From Thermosulfurimonas dismutans (GTDB taxonomy: Bacteria; Desulfobacterota; Thermodesulfobacteria; Thermodesulfobacteriales; Thermodesulfobacteriaceae): a stretch of DNA of 32,000 nt. The translations under genes and the position numbers were made by a program. The notes under the pieces were generated by a model that was not told where the DNA came from, made no database searches, and saw nothing but the letters and a program-made list of their open reading frames with translations. Where the stretch lies: positions 180,001 through 212,000 of the forward strand of contig NZ_LWLG01000001.1 in assembly GCF_001652585.1 (NCBI RefSeq), written 5' to 3'. Positions 8,620-19,143 of the stretch are shown piece by piece (position 1 is the stretch's first letter; each line of letters starts with the position of its first letter).

Positions 8620-9663
8620 ATGTTAAAAAGGTGGTTGGGGTTTTGGTTGGGGATATTTTTTCTTCTGAGCGGAATTTCTTTAGCCGAAAAAATCACCCTT
8701 CTTGGCGCTGGGGCTACTTTCCCTTATCCTCTCTATGCCAAGTGGTTCCATGTCTATCACCAGAAAACCGGCATTAAGGTCAATTACCAGTCCATCGGTT
8801 CGGGAGGCGGAATTCGACAAATCTTAGCTCGCACCGTGGATTTTGGAGCTTCGGATGCGCCCATGAATGAAGAGGAACTAGCCAAGGCTCCGGGCAAAAT
8901 CTTGCATCTTCCTATGGCTATCGGGGCGGTGGTAATAGCCTACAATGTGCCGGGAGTGCCCTCGGGGATGAAACTCACACCAGAGGTACTGGCAGATATC
9001 TTCCTTGGCAAGATCAAGAAATGGAACGATCCTCGCATCACAAAACTCAACCCCGGCGTGAAGTTCCCTAATATGAAGATCCTAGTGGTTTACCGTTCAG
9101 ATGGATCCGGAACTACTTTCAATTTCACTTATTACCTCGCCAAGATCAGTCCGGAATGGAGAAAGCGAGTGGGTTATGGTAAGGCCGTACGCTGGCCTAC
9201 CGGAGTAGGTGGTAAAGGCAACGAAGGGGTTACTGGATATGTCAAACAGCTTCCTGGGGCTATTGGTTACCTAGAACTGGCTTATGCCGAACAAAACCAC
9301 CTTCCGGTAGCCGCTATCCGCAACCGAGCCGGCAAATTCGTCCTCCCTACCCTTGAAAGTATCTCAGCTGCGGCCAAGACTCAAATTCCTCCGGACACCC
9401 GAGTCCTCATTGTCGACACCGATGCAACTGACGGTTACCCCATTTCAGCCATGACCTGGATCTTGGTCTATCAGGAACAGGCTTACGGAGGGCGATCCTA
9501 TGAGCGAGCCAAGGCCCTAGTGGACCTTCTCTGGTGGTGTATACATGAAGCCCAGCAATATAACGAGAGTCTTCTCTATGCCCGTATTCCGGAAAACATA
9601 GTCAAGATCAACGAAGATTTAATTCGATCCATCACCTATAAGGGAATCCCCCTCCTCAAATAA
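8620..9663 (+). CDS. pstS: Phosphate ABC transporter substrate-binding protein
   Basis: AAGGAGG ribosome-binding site, signal peptide, and GAGATFPYPLY, SIGSGGG, RSDGSGTT motifs. Confidence 0.95.
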   Translation: MLKRWLGFWLGIFFLLSGISLAEKITLLGAGATFPYPLYAKWFHVYHQKTGIKVNYQSIGSGGGIRQILARTVDFGASDAPMNEEELAKAPGKILHLPMAIGAVVIAYNVPGVPSGMKLTPEVLADIFLGKIKKWNDPRITKLNPGVKFPNMKILVVYRSDGSGTTFNFTYYLAKISPEWRKRVGYGKAVRWPTGVGGKGNEGVTGYVKQLPGAIGYLELAYAEQNHLPVAAIRNRAGKFVLPTLESISAAAKTQIPPDTRVLIVDTDATDGYPISAMTWILVYQEQAYGGRSYERAKALVDLLWWCIHEAQQYNESLLYARIPENIVKINEDLIRSITYKGIPLLK

Positions 9664-9694
9664 TCTGCTGACAGGTTTTAACAACCGTTTTTGG

Positions 9695-9731
9695 AGACCC
9701 CGGGAGGGGTTGCCTTTCCCTCCCGGGGTCT
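9695..9731 (+). promoter_or_regulatory. Intercistronic stem-loop between pstS and pstC (perfect 14-bp inverted repeat, 9-nt loop)
   Basis: AGACCCCGGGAGGG (9695-9708) pairs with CCCTCCCGGGGTCT (9718-9731). No T-tract follows (GGTAAAAGG), so this looks like an mRNA stabiliser or attenuator rather than a full terminator. Confidence 0.6.
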
Positions 9732-9743
9732 GGTAAAAGGTAG

Positions 9744-10622
9744 ATGGCCATGCGAGCACAGGATGCGGATCGACTTTTTTATTATCTTTGTGGGGGATTG
9801 GCCCTAGGTCTCATATTGCTCGTAATAGGTATAGGTCTCACCCTCTTGTGGGGAAGTCTACCGAGCATCAAGGCCTTCGGCTTCAAGTTCCTTTGGGGCA
9901 AGGTTTGGGACCCGGTAAACGAGGAGTTCGGAGCTCTACCCTTTATAGTCGGAACTCTTATCACTTCTTTCCTAGCTCTGATCATAACCTTTCCCTTTGC
10001 CATCTCATCCGGAATATTTCTGGCTGAATATGCTCCTCCTCGAATTGCTGGTCCGCTTTCGGCCTTGATCGAGCTTTTGGCCGGTATTCCCTCGGTAATC
10101 TATGGTCTATGGGCCCTTTTCTATTTAGTACCGGTAGTAAGATGGTTTGAGATGCGGCTCGGGGCGCCGCCCTTCGGGTTGGGACTTCCCACGGCCTCAC
10201 TGGTGCTCGCCATCATGATATTACCATATGCGGCCTCCATCACCCGAGAGGTCTTGAAAATGGTGCCCCAAGAGCTCAAAGAAGCCGCTTACGGTTTAGG
10301 GGCCACGCGTTGGGAAGTCATTCGGGGAGTTTGTCTCCCGTATGCTAGTTCCGGTATAGTAGCCGGGTTGGTTCTCTCATTGGGTCGGGCTCTAGGGGAA
10401 ACTATGGCCGTAACCATGGTTATCGGAAATCGCTCTGAAATGCCCACCAGTTTCTGGGATCTAGCCAATACTATGGCCAGTGTGATAGCCAACGAGTTCA
10501 CCGAGGCCTCTAAAGACATCCATCTAGCGGCCCTAATTGAAGTAGGGCTCCTTCTTTTTGTTATCACTTTGCTAGTTAATATTTTGGCTCGGATGGTGAT
10601 CATCCGACTAAAAGTAAAATGA
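9744..10622 (+). CDS. pstC: Phosphate ABC transporter permease PstC
   Basis: 292-aa polytopic membrane protein with the EAA-type loop (EAAYGLGATRWEVIRGVCLP). Its position follows pstS. Confidence 0.93.
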   Translation: MAMRAQDADRLFYYLCGGLALGLILLVIGIGLTLLWGSLPSIKAFGFKFLWGKVWDPVNEEFGALPFIVGTLITSFLALIITFPFAISSGIFLAEYAPPRIAGPLSALIELLAGIPSVIYGLWALFYLVPVVRWFEMRLGAPPFGLGLPTASLVLAIMILPYAASITREVLKMVPQELKEAAYGLGATRWEVIRGVCLPYASSGIVAGLVLSLGRALGETMAVTMVIGNRSEMPTSFWDLANTMASVIANEFTEASKDIHLAALIEVGLLLFVITLLVNILARMVIIRLKVK

Positions 10623-11464
10623 ATAGGCTCCTTTATCGCAAACTTAAAGATCGCTTGGCCTTTTTTCTAATTTTGGTATTAGCCTTGTGTCCCACTTTAC
10701 CCCTGTTTCACATCCTCCTTGGAGTGGTCAAACAAGGCATATCTAGCATCTCTTTAGAGTTTTTCATTCATCTCCCCAAACCTCCGGGTGAAGAGGGCGG
10801 AGGAGTAGGCAATGCCATCGTAGGAACCCTCATGTTGGCCTTAAGTGCCTCTTTGCTCGCCGTCCCTATAGGGATCTTATGCGGCGTCTACCTCTCCGAA
10901 TATGCCAAAGGACGTTTTGGAGAAGCGGTCCGAATAGCAGCCGATGTCCTCCAAGGGACCCCTTCCATCGTCTTTGGTATCATAGCCTACCTCTGGGTGG
11001 TCAAACCTATGGGTCACTTTTCGGCCTTTTCTGGTTCGGTAGCTTTAGCCATCATGATGCTCCCGGTCATAGTAAGATCCACGGAAGAGATCCTCCGCAT
11101 GATCCCCGAAACCTTACGCGAAGCCTCTTTGGCTCTGGGAGTAAATTATTGGCGCACGGTCCTCAAAGTTATCATTCCTACCGGCTTGGTAGGCATCACT
11201 ACCGGTATCCTGTTGTCCCTGGCTCGGATCATGGGAGAAACCGCGCCCCTCCTCTTTACGGCCTTTGGTAATCCCTTCTGGAACTTCAATCCCATGCAAC
11301 CGGTTGAGGCCCTACCGCTTGTGGTCTTCAAATACGCCATAAGTCCTTATGAGGAATGGATCCGTCAGGCTTGGGGAGCCAGTCTGGTCTTGACCGGTCT
11401 GGTTCTTGTACTAAATCTTTCGGCGAGACTCCTAGCCCGGAGAATGGGAGGCCATGGCCGCTAG
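10619..11464 (+). CDS. pstA: Phosphate ABC transporter permease PstA
   Basis: Overlaps the pstC stop by 4 nt. Polytopic, with EAA loop [20 protein letters not shown]. Confidence 0.93.
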   Translation: MNRLLYRKLKDRLAFFLILVLALCPTLPLFHILLGVVKQGISSISLEFFIHLPKPPGEEGGGVGNAIVGTLMLALSASLLAVPIGILCGVYLSEYAKGRFGEAVRIAADVLQGTPSIVFGIIAYLWVVKPMGHFSAFSGSVALAIMMLPVIVRSTEEILRMIPETLREASLALGVNYWRTVLKVIIPTGLVGITTGILLSLARIMGETAPLLFTAFGNPFWNFNPMQPVEALPLVVFKYAISPYEEWIRQAWGASLVLTGLVLVLNLSARLLARRMGGHGR

Positions 11465-12239
11465 GACTGTAACCGATCCCAAGGAACTGGCTATTTTCGA
11501 AGTGCGTGATCTATGGGCCTATTACAACGAAAAACCGGCTATCAGAAAGGTCTCCCTCAAAATTCCCGAAAAAAAAATCACGGCCATCATGGGCCCCTCC
11601 GGGTGCGGGAAAACCACTTTTATCCGTTGTCTCAATCGTCTTCATGAATTGACCCCCGGGGCCTCCATAAAAGGTGAGATCCTGTTGCGGGACAAAAATA
11701 TCCTGGAGATGGATCCCGTTTTGGTCCGCCGAAAGATAGGAATGGTGTTTCAAAGACCCAATCCCTTTCCCACCATGACCATTTACGACAATGTGATAGC
11801 CGGCTACAAGCTTCTGGGGGTAAGACTCAAGAGAGAGGAAGCAGACCGGATCGTGGAGGAGGCGCTGCGCAAGGCCGCCCTGTGGGACGAAGTCAAGGAT
11901 AGCCTTCACAAAAGGGGAACCTACCTTTCCGGAGGGCAACAGCAGAGGTTGTGTATCGCCAGGGCGCTGGCGGTAAAACCGGAGGTCCTTCTCATGGATG
12001 AGCCCACCTCGGCTCTCGATCCCAAGTCCACGGCCAAGATCGAAGAATTGATCGTAGAGCTCAAGCGAAGTGTAACCATTGTGATCGTAACCCATAACAT
12101 AGCCCAGGCCGGACGGGTGGCGGACTACACCGCCTTTTTCTATTTAGGTGAACTGGTAGAATTCGGCCCCACCTCCGAGATCTTTACCGTACCCAAGGAT
12201 CCTCGGACGGAAGAATTTCTCAAAGGTAAGTTCGGATAA
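11454..12239 (+). CDS. pstB: Phosphate ABC transporter ATP-binding protein
   Basis: Walker [10 protein letters not shown], signature [14 protein letters not shown], Walker [12 protein letters not shown]. Confidence 0.96.
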   Translation: MAARTVTDPKELAIFEVRDLWAYYNEKPAIRKVSLKIPEKKITAIMGPSGCGKTTFIRCLNRLHELTPGASIKGEILLRDKNILEMDPVLVRRKIGMVFQRPNPFPTMTIYDNVIAGYKLLGVRLKREEADRIVEEALRKAALWDEVKDSLHKRGTYLSGGQQQRLCIARALAVKPEVLLMDEPTSALDPKSTAKIEELIVELKRSVTIVIVTHNIAQAGRVADYTAFFYLGELVEFGPTSEIFTVPKDPRTEEFLKGKFG

Positions 12240-12505
12240 TGCGGCTTTTCTGGATCACCTTCATTACGGTCTTTCTGGCAGAACTCGGAGACAAGACCCA
12301 GCTGGCGGCGCTTATGCTTTCGGCCAAGGAGAAACGATTCTGGCCCATTTTTCTGGCCGCGGCTATAGCCCTTACCTTGGCTTCAGCTCTGGGAGTAGCG
12401 GCTGGGAACTTCTTGGGGGAACTTCTTCCTCTGAAACTTATTCGAGTGCTTTCCGGCGCGGCCTTCATCCTTCTGGGAGTGCTCATCCTATGGGGAAAAA
12501 TATAG
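12239..12505 (+). CDS. Half-size (single-repeat, about 3 TM) UPF0016 / GDT1-TMEM165-family cation transporter subunit
   Basis: 88 aa carrying the family signature E-x-G-D-K-T (FLAELGDKTQLA). The start codon overlaps the pstB stop (TAATG). Confidence 0.8.
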   Translation: MRLFWITFITVFLAELGDKTQLAALMLSAKEKRFWPIFLAAAIALTLASALGVAAGNFLGELLPLKLIRVLSGAAFILLGVLILWGKI

Positions 12506-12975
12506 AGATCACCGAACTAGAGAAAAGACTGGTGGATCTTCTTGCGGAAGGTTTGCCTCTGGTCGAAAGGCCCTTTTTGGTTTTGGCGGAAAGACTGGGG
12601 GTCAGCGAAGAGGAAATCCTTACGACCATAGAGGGCCTCCTAGAAAAAAAGATTATCAGACGGCTGGGGGCCACCATTAGACACAACCTTTCCGGATATG
12701 AGGGCAATGTGATGGTAGCCTGGAAGGTCCCGGAGGAACGCATAGAAGAGGTCGGTAACAGTTTGGCTAGCAAACCCTTTATCACCCACTGTTATCTGCG
12801 TCGCACTTATCCTGACTGGCCTTATAATCTCTACACCATGGTGCATGCCGAAACCGAGGAGGCCTGCCGGAGGCTCGTAGAGCAACTTGCTGAGGAGCTT
12901 GCCCTCTCGGATTACGAAATGTTATTTACGGAAAAAGAAATCACCCGCAAAAAACGAAAATATTTTACGGCATAG
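12490..12975 (+). CDS. Siroheme decarboxylase subunit-like protein (AhbA/AhbB, NirD/L/G/H family; Lrp/AsnC-like fold)
   Basis: 161 aa. Pattern matches my recollection of the family (LPLVERPF, KKIIRRLGA, ITHCYLR, YNLYTMVH). Overlaps the upstream gene by 16 nt and precedes hemL. Confidence 0.75.
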   Translation: MGKNIEITELEKRLVDLLAEGLPLVERPFLVLAERLGVSEEEILTTIEGLLEKKIIRRLGATIRHNLSGYEGNVMVAWKVPEERIEEVGNSLASKPFITHCYLRRTYPDWPYNLYTMVHAETEEACRRLVEQLAEELALSDYEMLFTEKEITRKKRKYFTA

Positions 12976-12984
12976 GAGGTCGAG

Positions 12985-14271
12985 ATGGCGGGCATAAAAT
13001 CCAAGAAATACTTCGCTGAGGCCGTGAAAGTCATTCCCGGAGGGGTGAACAGTCCGGTCAGGGCCTGCAAAAGCGTGGGGGCGGACCCCATCTTCTTTGA
13101 GCGTGGTGAAGGCCCCTATCTCATAGACGTGGACGGTAAGTGTTATCTCGACTATGTGGCCTCCTGGGGGCCACTCATCCTGGGGCACGCACATCCGGAG
13201 GTAGTAGCCGCGGTCAAGGCCGCAGCCGAAGGTGGGACCAGCTTCGGGGCCCCTACCTGGGCCGAGGTGGAACTGGCCCGCCTGATCTGTGAATGTGTGC
13301 CCTCCATCGAAAAGGTGCGGCTAGTCAACTCTGGAACCGAGGCCACCATGAGCGCGGTGAGGCTGGCCCGTGGGTTCACTGGTCGCAAAAAGATCGTGAA
13401 GTTCGACGGTTGCTATCACGGACACGCGGATTCCTTTCTGGTCAAGGCCGGCTCCGGCGTGGCCACTCTCGGGATCCCCGGAAGTCCCGGAGTGCCGGAG
13501 GAAATCGTGGCCAACACCGTGAGTCTTCCTTACAACGACCTTGAGGCCGTGAAGGACTGTTTTGCCAAAATGGGCAAAGAGATTGCGGCCGTCATCGTTG
13601 AACCCATTGCCGGGAACATGGGTGTGGTTCCACCGGAGCCCGGCTTTCTCGAAGGCCTCAGGGAGATTACCCGCGAGCACGGGGCCCTTCTCATCTTCGA
13701 CGAGGTTATCACCGGTTTCCGGGTTGGGCTTTCGGGAGCCCAGGGGCTTTACGGGGTAGAACCGGATCTAACCTGCCTCGGAAAGATCATAGGCGGCGGG
13801 CTTCCGGTGGGCGCCTATGGCGGTAAATCCGAAATCATGAACCACATCGCCCCGGAAGGGCCAGTCTACCAGGCCGGGACTTTGTCTGGGAATCCGCTGG
13901 CGGTGGCCGCCGGTCTTGCTACCCTGCGCATCCTCACCCGCCCCGGAACCTACGAGCGCCTAGAAGAGCTTTCGGCTCGGCTCTTTGAGGGGCTGGCCGA
14001 GGCTGCTAGAGCCGCCGGGGTCAAGGTCACGGGTAACCGGGTGGGCTCCATGATGACCTGCTTTTTCCGCGAAGGCCGGGTCACCAATTTTGCCGAGGCC
14101 GCGGCCTCGGATACCGAACGCTACGGCCGTTTCTGGCGGGCCATGGCCAAAAGAGGCATCTACCTTGCGCCCTCTCAGTTCGAGGCGGCCTTCGTCTCGC
14201 TAGCCCACACCGAGGAAGAGATCGAACGGACTGTTAAGGCCGCGTATGAGGCCTTCAAAGAGGTGAGCTAA
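12985..14271 (+). CDS. hemL: Glutamate-1-semialdehyde 2,1-aminomutase
   Basis: 428 aa with an AGGAGG ribosome-binding site. [35 protein letters not shown] and [11 protein letters not shown] (PLP lysine). Confidence 0.96.
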   Translation: MAGIKSKKYFAEAVKVIPGGVNSPVRACKSVGADPIFFERGEGPYLIDVDGKCYLDYVASWGPLILGHAHPEVVAAVKAAAEGGTSFGAPTWAEVELARLICECVPSIEKVRLVNSGTEATMSAVRLARGFTGRKKIVKFDGCYHGHADSFLVKAGSGVATLGIPGSPGVPEEIVANTVSLPYNDLEAVKDCFAKMGKEIAAVIVEPIAGNMGVVPPEPGFLEGLREITREHGALLIFDEVITGFRVGLSGAQGLYGVEPDLTCLGKIIGGGLPVGAYGGKSEIMNHIAPEGPVYQAGTLSGNPLAVAAGLATLRILTRPGTYERLEELSARLFEGLAEAARAAGVKVTGNRVGSMMTCFFREGRVTNFAEAAASDTERYGRFWRAMAKRGIYLAPSQFEAAFVSLAHTEEEIERTVKAAYEAFKEVS

Positions 14272-14323
14272 AAGATCCCCCGAGGAGGTAGACCTCAAGG
14301 TCTCCCTCGCTCGGGGGATCTTT
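14271..14323. terminator. Bidirectional terminator hairpin shared by convergent hemL and ilvC
   Basis: AAAGATCCCCCGAG (14271-14284) pairs perfectly with CTCGGGGGATCTTT (14310-14323). Inner helix GAGG.AGACC / GGTCT.CCTC closes on a TCAA loop. T-runs flank it in both orientations. Confidence 0.8.
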
Positions 14324-14338
14324 TAATAAATAGAATTT

Positions 14339-15343
<1,005 letters not shown>

Positions 15344-15372
15344 TCAGAGGTTTACTTCCTAACTAGCACTCC

Positions 15373-15401
15373 TTGTTAGGCCCGTCAACGGGCATTAAAA
15401 T
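15373..15401 (+). promoter_or_regulatory. Candidate leuA promoter TTGTTA-17 nt-TAAAAT with a GCCCG-TCAA-CGGGC hairpin in the spacer
   Basis: Hexamers at 15373-15378 and 15396-15401. The palindrome at 15380-15393 lies between them and could be an operator. All of this sits in the 114-bp ilvC/leuA divergent region. Confidence 0.3.
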
Positions 15402-15445
15402 GATTTTAACTACATTTATTACATTTAAAGGAGGCTGTGTTCTCT

Positions 15446-17122
15446 ATGATAAACCGAGTCTATATCTTCGATACTACTCTCAGGGACGGAGAACAGTCCC
15501 CGGGAGTTTCCCTCAATATGTCCCAGAAGATCGAGATCGGAAAGGCCTTGGTGGAATTGGGCGTGGATGTGATCGAGGCCGGTTTTCCCATCTCCTCTCC
15601 CGGAGACTTCGAAGGCGTGAAGACCCTGGCTCGGGAGCTCAAAGGGGTGGAAATCGCGGCCCTTGCCCGGGCCAACCGGAAGGACATCGAAGTTGCTTGG
15701 GAGGCCTTAAAAGAGGCTGAAAACCCAAGGATTCATACTTTCATAGCTACCTCAGACATCCACCTCCAGTACAAGCTTCGTAAAAGTCGGGAGGAGGTTT
15801 TAGAACTTGCGGAAGAGGCCGTTAAATTCGCCTGCGAGTTCACTTCCAATGTGGAGTTCTCCGCTGAAGACGCCACCCGGAGTGATTGGGAGTATCTTGC
15901 AGAGGTAGTGATCCGGGTGGCCCGAGCCGGAGCGAAGGTCATCAACATTCCCGATACCGTAGGCTACACCGTTCCCCAAGAGTACTACGAGCTCATTGCC
16001 TTTTTGATCGAGAAACTGAAAGCCGCCGGTTTTGAAGAATCCTTGGAAACCGGAGAACTCCAGCTCTCGGTTCACTGTCACAACGACTTGGGGCTTGCGG
16101 TGGCCAACAGTCTTTCGGCAGTGCTGGCCGGGGCCCGTCAGGTGGAGTGCACGGTAAACGGCATTGGAGAGCGAGCCGGGAACGCGGCTATGGAGGAGAT
16201 CGTCATGACCCTTAAGACCCGGGCGGACTTCTTCCGGACCCGGCTGGGAGAGGCCCTTGAGACCGGCATCAACACCCGCAAGATCGTGCCTACTAGCCAG
16301 CTGGTGGCCCAACTCACCGGGATGTATGTTCAGCCCAACAAGGCCATCGTGGGGGCCAACGCCTTCGCCCATGAATCCGGCATCCACCAACATGGAGTAA
16401 TAGCCCATCGTCTGACCTACGAGATCATGAATCGGGAAGACGTGGGCTGGAGTGGAAGCGCCATCGTACTAGGCAAACATTCCGGTCGTCACGCCGTGGA
16501 TTACAAGCTCCGGAGCCGCGGCTGGAAGCTCTCTAAGAAGGCCCTCTCACGAATCTTTGAGCGTTTCCGGGCCGAAATAAAGGATGTCCTCCGTCGGATT
16601 CCGGACGAGTATCTCGAGGGCATCATCTACGACGAGTTTCTCTCCGAGGCCTACCCTTATCGGGTAATTTCGGCTCAGGTCTCAAGCCTCTACGGTACCT
16701 CTCTCAACCCCATCTCCCAGGTAGAGGTAGAGGACCGCAGAGTCGGTAGAAGGGTAGCGGTGGCCGTGGGAGTAGGCTCGGTGGATGCAGCCTTTAAGGC
16801 CGTGGCCCAGGCTCTGGGCTATCGTTTCGGAAATGAGGGTGATGGAGAGAGACTCAAGCTGGTCGATTTCCATATCGATGCCTTGGGTAAGGGTACAGAG
16901 GCCGAGGGGGTTTGTGGGGTCATTCTTGAGGACGAGGCCGGAAGACGCACGGCCGGCCTCGGTCGCGACGGAGACATCGTAGCCGCAGGTATCAAGGCCC
17001 TAATAAACGCCCTGAACCGACTTGAGGCCTCCCGCGAAAAGGAGAGTGAACTCAGGGTAACCCTCGCCAAAGAGGCTGAAGGTGAGCCCTCGGAGCCCGG
17101 GGTTCAACCTATGTGTCGATAG
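15446..17122 (+). CDS. leuA: 2-isopropylmalate synthase (LeuA; citramalate synthase not excluded)
   Basis: IFDTTLRDGEQSPGV, HCHNDLGLAVANSL, ESGIHQHG, and a C-terminal LeuA-dimer/regulatory-like domain. I prefer ATG 15446, which is 11 nt after AAAGGAGG, over GTG 15437. Confidence 0.9.
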   Translation: MINRVYIFDTTLRDGEQSPGVSLNMSQKIEIGKALVELGVDVIEAGFPISSPGDFEGVKTLARELKGVEIAALARANRKDIEVAWEALKEAENPRIHTFIATSDIHLQYKLRKSREEVLELAEEAVKFACEFTSNVEFSAEDATRSDWEYLAEVVIRVARAGAKVINIPDTVGYTVPQEYYELIAFLIEKLKAAGFEESLETGELQLSVHCHNDLGLAVANSLSAVLAGARQVECTVNGIGERAGNAAMEEIVMTLKTRADFFRTRLGEALETGINTRKIVPTSQLVAQLTGMYVQPNKAIVGANAFAHESGIHQHGVIAHRLTYEIMNREDVGWSGSAIVLGKHSGRHAVDYKLRSRGWKLSKKALSRIFERFRAEIKDVLRRIPDEYLEGIIYDEFLSEAYPYRVISAQVSSLYGTSLNPISQVEVEDRRVGRRVAVAVGVGSVDAAFKAVAQALGYRFGNEGDGERLKLVDFHIDALGKGTEAEGVCGVILEDEAGRRTAGLGRDGDIVAAGIKALINALNRLEASREKESELRVTLAKEAEGEPSEPGVQPMCR

Positions 17123-17870
17123 AGAGGTTTTCTAGCAGGAGCAGTTTTTCCTCGGCTTTAAGGGCCCACTCGCTTTCCGGAGCTAGTTGCGTGATGGATT
17201 GCCAGAGCCGTCGGGCCTTGTCTACCTCCCCCAAACGGAAGAAAACCTCGCCGAGATAATACCGGGCGGCCATGTTGTTGTGGTCGAAACGTACCGCCCG
17301 CCGGAAGTTCAGCTTGGCCTCTTCCCATTGACCTTTTTCATAAGCGATCAGCCCCGCATAGTAGTAGGCCTTGGCATAACGCGGATTGAGCTTAAGGGCC
17401 TTTTCCAAACTCTCCAAAGCTTTAGCGTCCTTTCCTTTCTTGTGCCAAGCCCATCCCAGGTTGGTTAAAGCCATAAAAGGATTGAGATAAAGGGGATTGG
17501 CCAGGGCCTTTTCAAAATACTCAATGGCCGTGTCATAATCTCCTTCCAAGAGATAAAGAGCCCCGAGATTATTCAGGGCTTCAGAATACTCCGGGTCAAG
17601 GGTTAGGGCCGTATTAAAATTCTCGCGGGCCTTCGCATATTCCCTACGCCCCATATAAATCAGCCCCAGGATATTATAGATTTCCGGGTCCTTAGGGCGC
17701 TCCTCCTTGGCCAGGAGAGCCTCTCGCAAGGCCTCAGGATATCGACTATCCTTCAGATACACATAGGCCAGCTCCTTGTGCATGCTGGCGGCTTCTTTGT
17801 GATAGGTTACCGACGGCCCACAGGCACTCAAAACTAAAAGTATCAAAAAAAGACCACCGATTTCTCTCAT
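17109..17870 (-). CDS. TPR-repeat lipoprotein (PilW/PilF-like)
   Basis: Lipobox LVLSAC, followed by about 6 TPR units (repeated A..Y..LG..Y...G.Y..A...F..AL..P). The size and architecture resemble type IV pilus biogenesis/stability lipoproteins. Confidence 0.7.
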   Translation of the reverse strand: MREIGGLFLILLVLSACGPSVTYHKEAASMHKELAYVYLKDSRYPEALREALLAKEERPKDPEIYNILGLIYMGRREYAKARENFNTALTLDPEYSEALNNLGALYLLEGDYDTAIEYFEKALANPLYLNPFMALTNLGWAWHKKGKDAKALESLEKALKLNPRYAKAYYYAGLIAYEKGQWEEAKLNFRRAVRFDHNNMAARYYLGEVFFRLGEVDKARRLWQSITQLAPESEWALKAEEKLLLLENLSIDT

Positions 17871-17897
17871 CCCGCCCCCCTTAAGGTCTTTCCCCTG

Positions 17898-18776
17898 TTA
17901 TATCACTTTATTGAGGGAATATTCAATAATGCCTCTGGCTCCAGCCTCGATTAGTTTGGGAATAAGTTCTCTTACTTCTCCTTCCGAAATCACGGTTTCC
18001 ACCGCGTACCAACCTTCCTGATAAAGTTTAGAAATGGTGGGGGCGGTAAGACTGGGCAGGATTTCCACAACCTTGTCCAAGTCCTTCTCGGAAACATTCA
18101 TCTTGAGCCCGACCAACCGGTCAGCCTTAAGGGCGCCCTGAAGAAGAAGGGCCAATTGTTCGATTTTCTTACGCTTCCAAGGATCCTTCCAGGCAGCCTC
18201 GTTGGCGATGAGCTGAGGGTTGGTGACCATGAGTTCGTGAATGATCCTCAGCCCGTGGGCCCGAATGGTAGATCCGGTCTCGGTAACCTCCACAATGGCA
18301 TCCGCAAGCCCCTGGACTACCTTGGCCTCCGTAGCCCCCCAGGAGAACTCCACCTTTACCTCAATGCCCCTTTCGGCAAAATAGCGTTTGGTAAAGTTGA
18401 CCAGCTCGGTGGCAATCTTTTTGCCCTGAAGATCTTCAAGGGTCTTGATGTCTGAGTCCGCGGGCACGGCCAGCACCCAGCGGGCCGGACGCTTGCTCAC
18501 CTTGGAATAGATGAGATCCGCCACCGGAACCACCTTGGAGTCGTTCTCGAGGATCCAGTCCTTACCGGTAATCCCAGCGTCCAGCACTCCGGCCTCCACA
18601 TAGCGGCTCATTTCCTGGGCCCGACAAATAGCGCACGAGATCTCGGGATCGTCTATCTCCGGAAAATAGCTCCGGTGATGAACCTTGACCCGCCAGCCAG
18701 ATTTCTCAAGCAACTCGATGGTAGCCTGCTCGAGACTTCCCTTAGGGATACCGAATTTAAGCACTCTTTCGCCCAT
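17898..18776 (-). CDS. hisG: ATP phosphoribosyltransferase, long form (with C-terminal regulatory domain)
   Basis: [37 protein letters not shown], and a HisG_C-like tail. The true start is ATG 18776 with GGAGG upstream; the ORF-track extension to 18926 runs through hisI. Confidence 0.93.
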   Translation of the reverse strand: MGERVLKFGIPKGSLEQATIELLEKSGWRVKVHHRSYFPEIDDPEISCAICRAQEMSRYVEAGVLDAGITGKDWILENDSKVVPVADLIYSKVSKRPARWVLAVPADSDIKTLEDLQGKKIATELVNFTKRYFAERGIEVKVEFSWGATEAKVVQGLADAIVEVTETGSTIRAHGLRIIHELMVTNPQLIANEAAWKDPWKRKKIEQLALLLQGALKADRLVGLKMNVSEKDLDKVVEILPSLTAPTISKLYQEGWYAVETVISEGEVRELIPKLIEAGARGIIEYSLNKVI

Positions 18777-19143
18777 AGACTTCCTCCGGATCAAAGATTT
18801 TTTCCGAAACAATCTCAACCGAGCCGTCCTTAAGGCGGCGATAGAAACACGAACGATAACCGGTGTGGCAAGCGGCCTTGCCGTATTGTTTGACTTTAAG
18901 GAGCACGGTGTCGGCATCACAATCAATAAGGATCTCTTTCACCTCCTGGATGTGCCCGGAGCTCTCGCCCTTAAGCCAAATCTTCTGCCTACTGCGGCTG
19001 AAGTAATGGGCCTTTCCGGTCTCAAGGGTCTTCTTCCAAGCCTCTTCGTTCATATAAGCCAGCATAAGGACCTCTCCGCTTTCGGCGTCCTGGACTATTA
19101 CCGGCACCAGTCCTCCCATCTTCTTAAAGTCCGGCGCAAGCAT
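18757..19143 (-). CDS. hisI: Phosphoribosyl-AMP cyclohydrolase (monofunctional)
   Basis: 128 aa. [36 protein letters not shown]...V...G.ACHTG..SCF. Confidence 0.93.
   Translation of the reverse strand: MLAPDFKKMGGLVPVIVQDAESGEVLMLAYMNEEAWKKTLETGKAHYFSRSRQKIWLKGESSGHIQEVKEILIDCDADTVLLKVKQYGKAACHTGYRSCFYRRLKDGSVEIVSEKIFDPEEVYGRKSA

Noticed and set aside
18777-18926. ORF-track N-terminal extensions: hisG to 18926, yidC from 20638, yidD from 20378, rpmH from 19936, cobB from 4031, leuA from 15437.
   Set aside because: The extensions overlap upstream genes or terminators and lack family-conserved sequence. Internal ATG codons with good ribosome-binding sites, or with stop-start overlaps, give proteins of canonical length.
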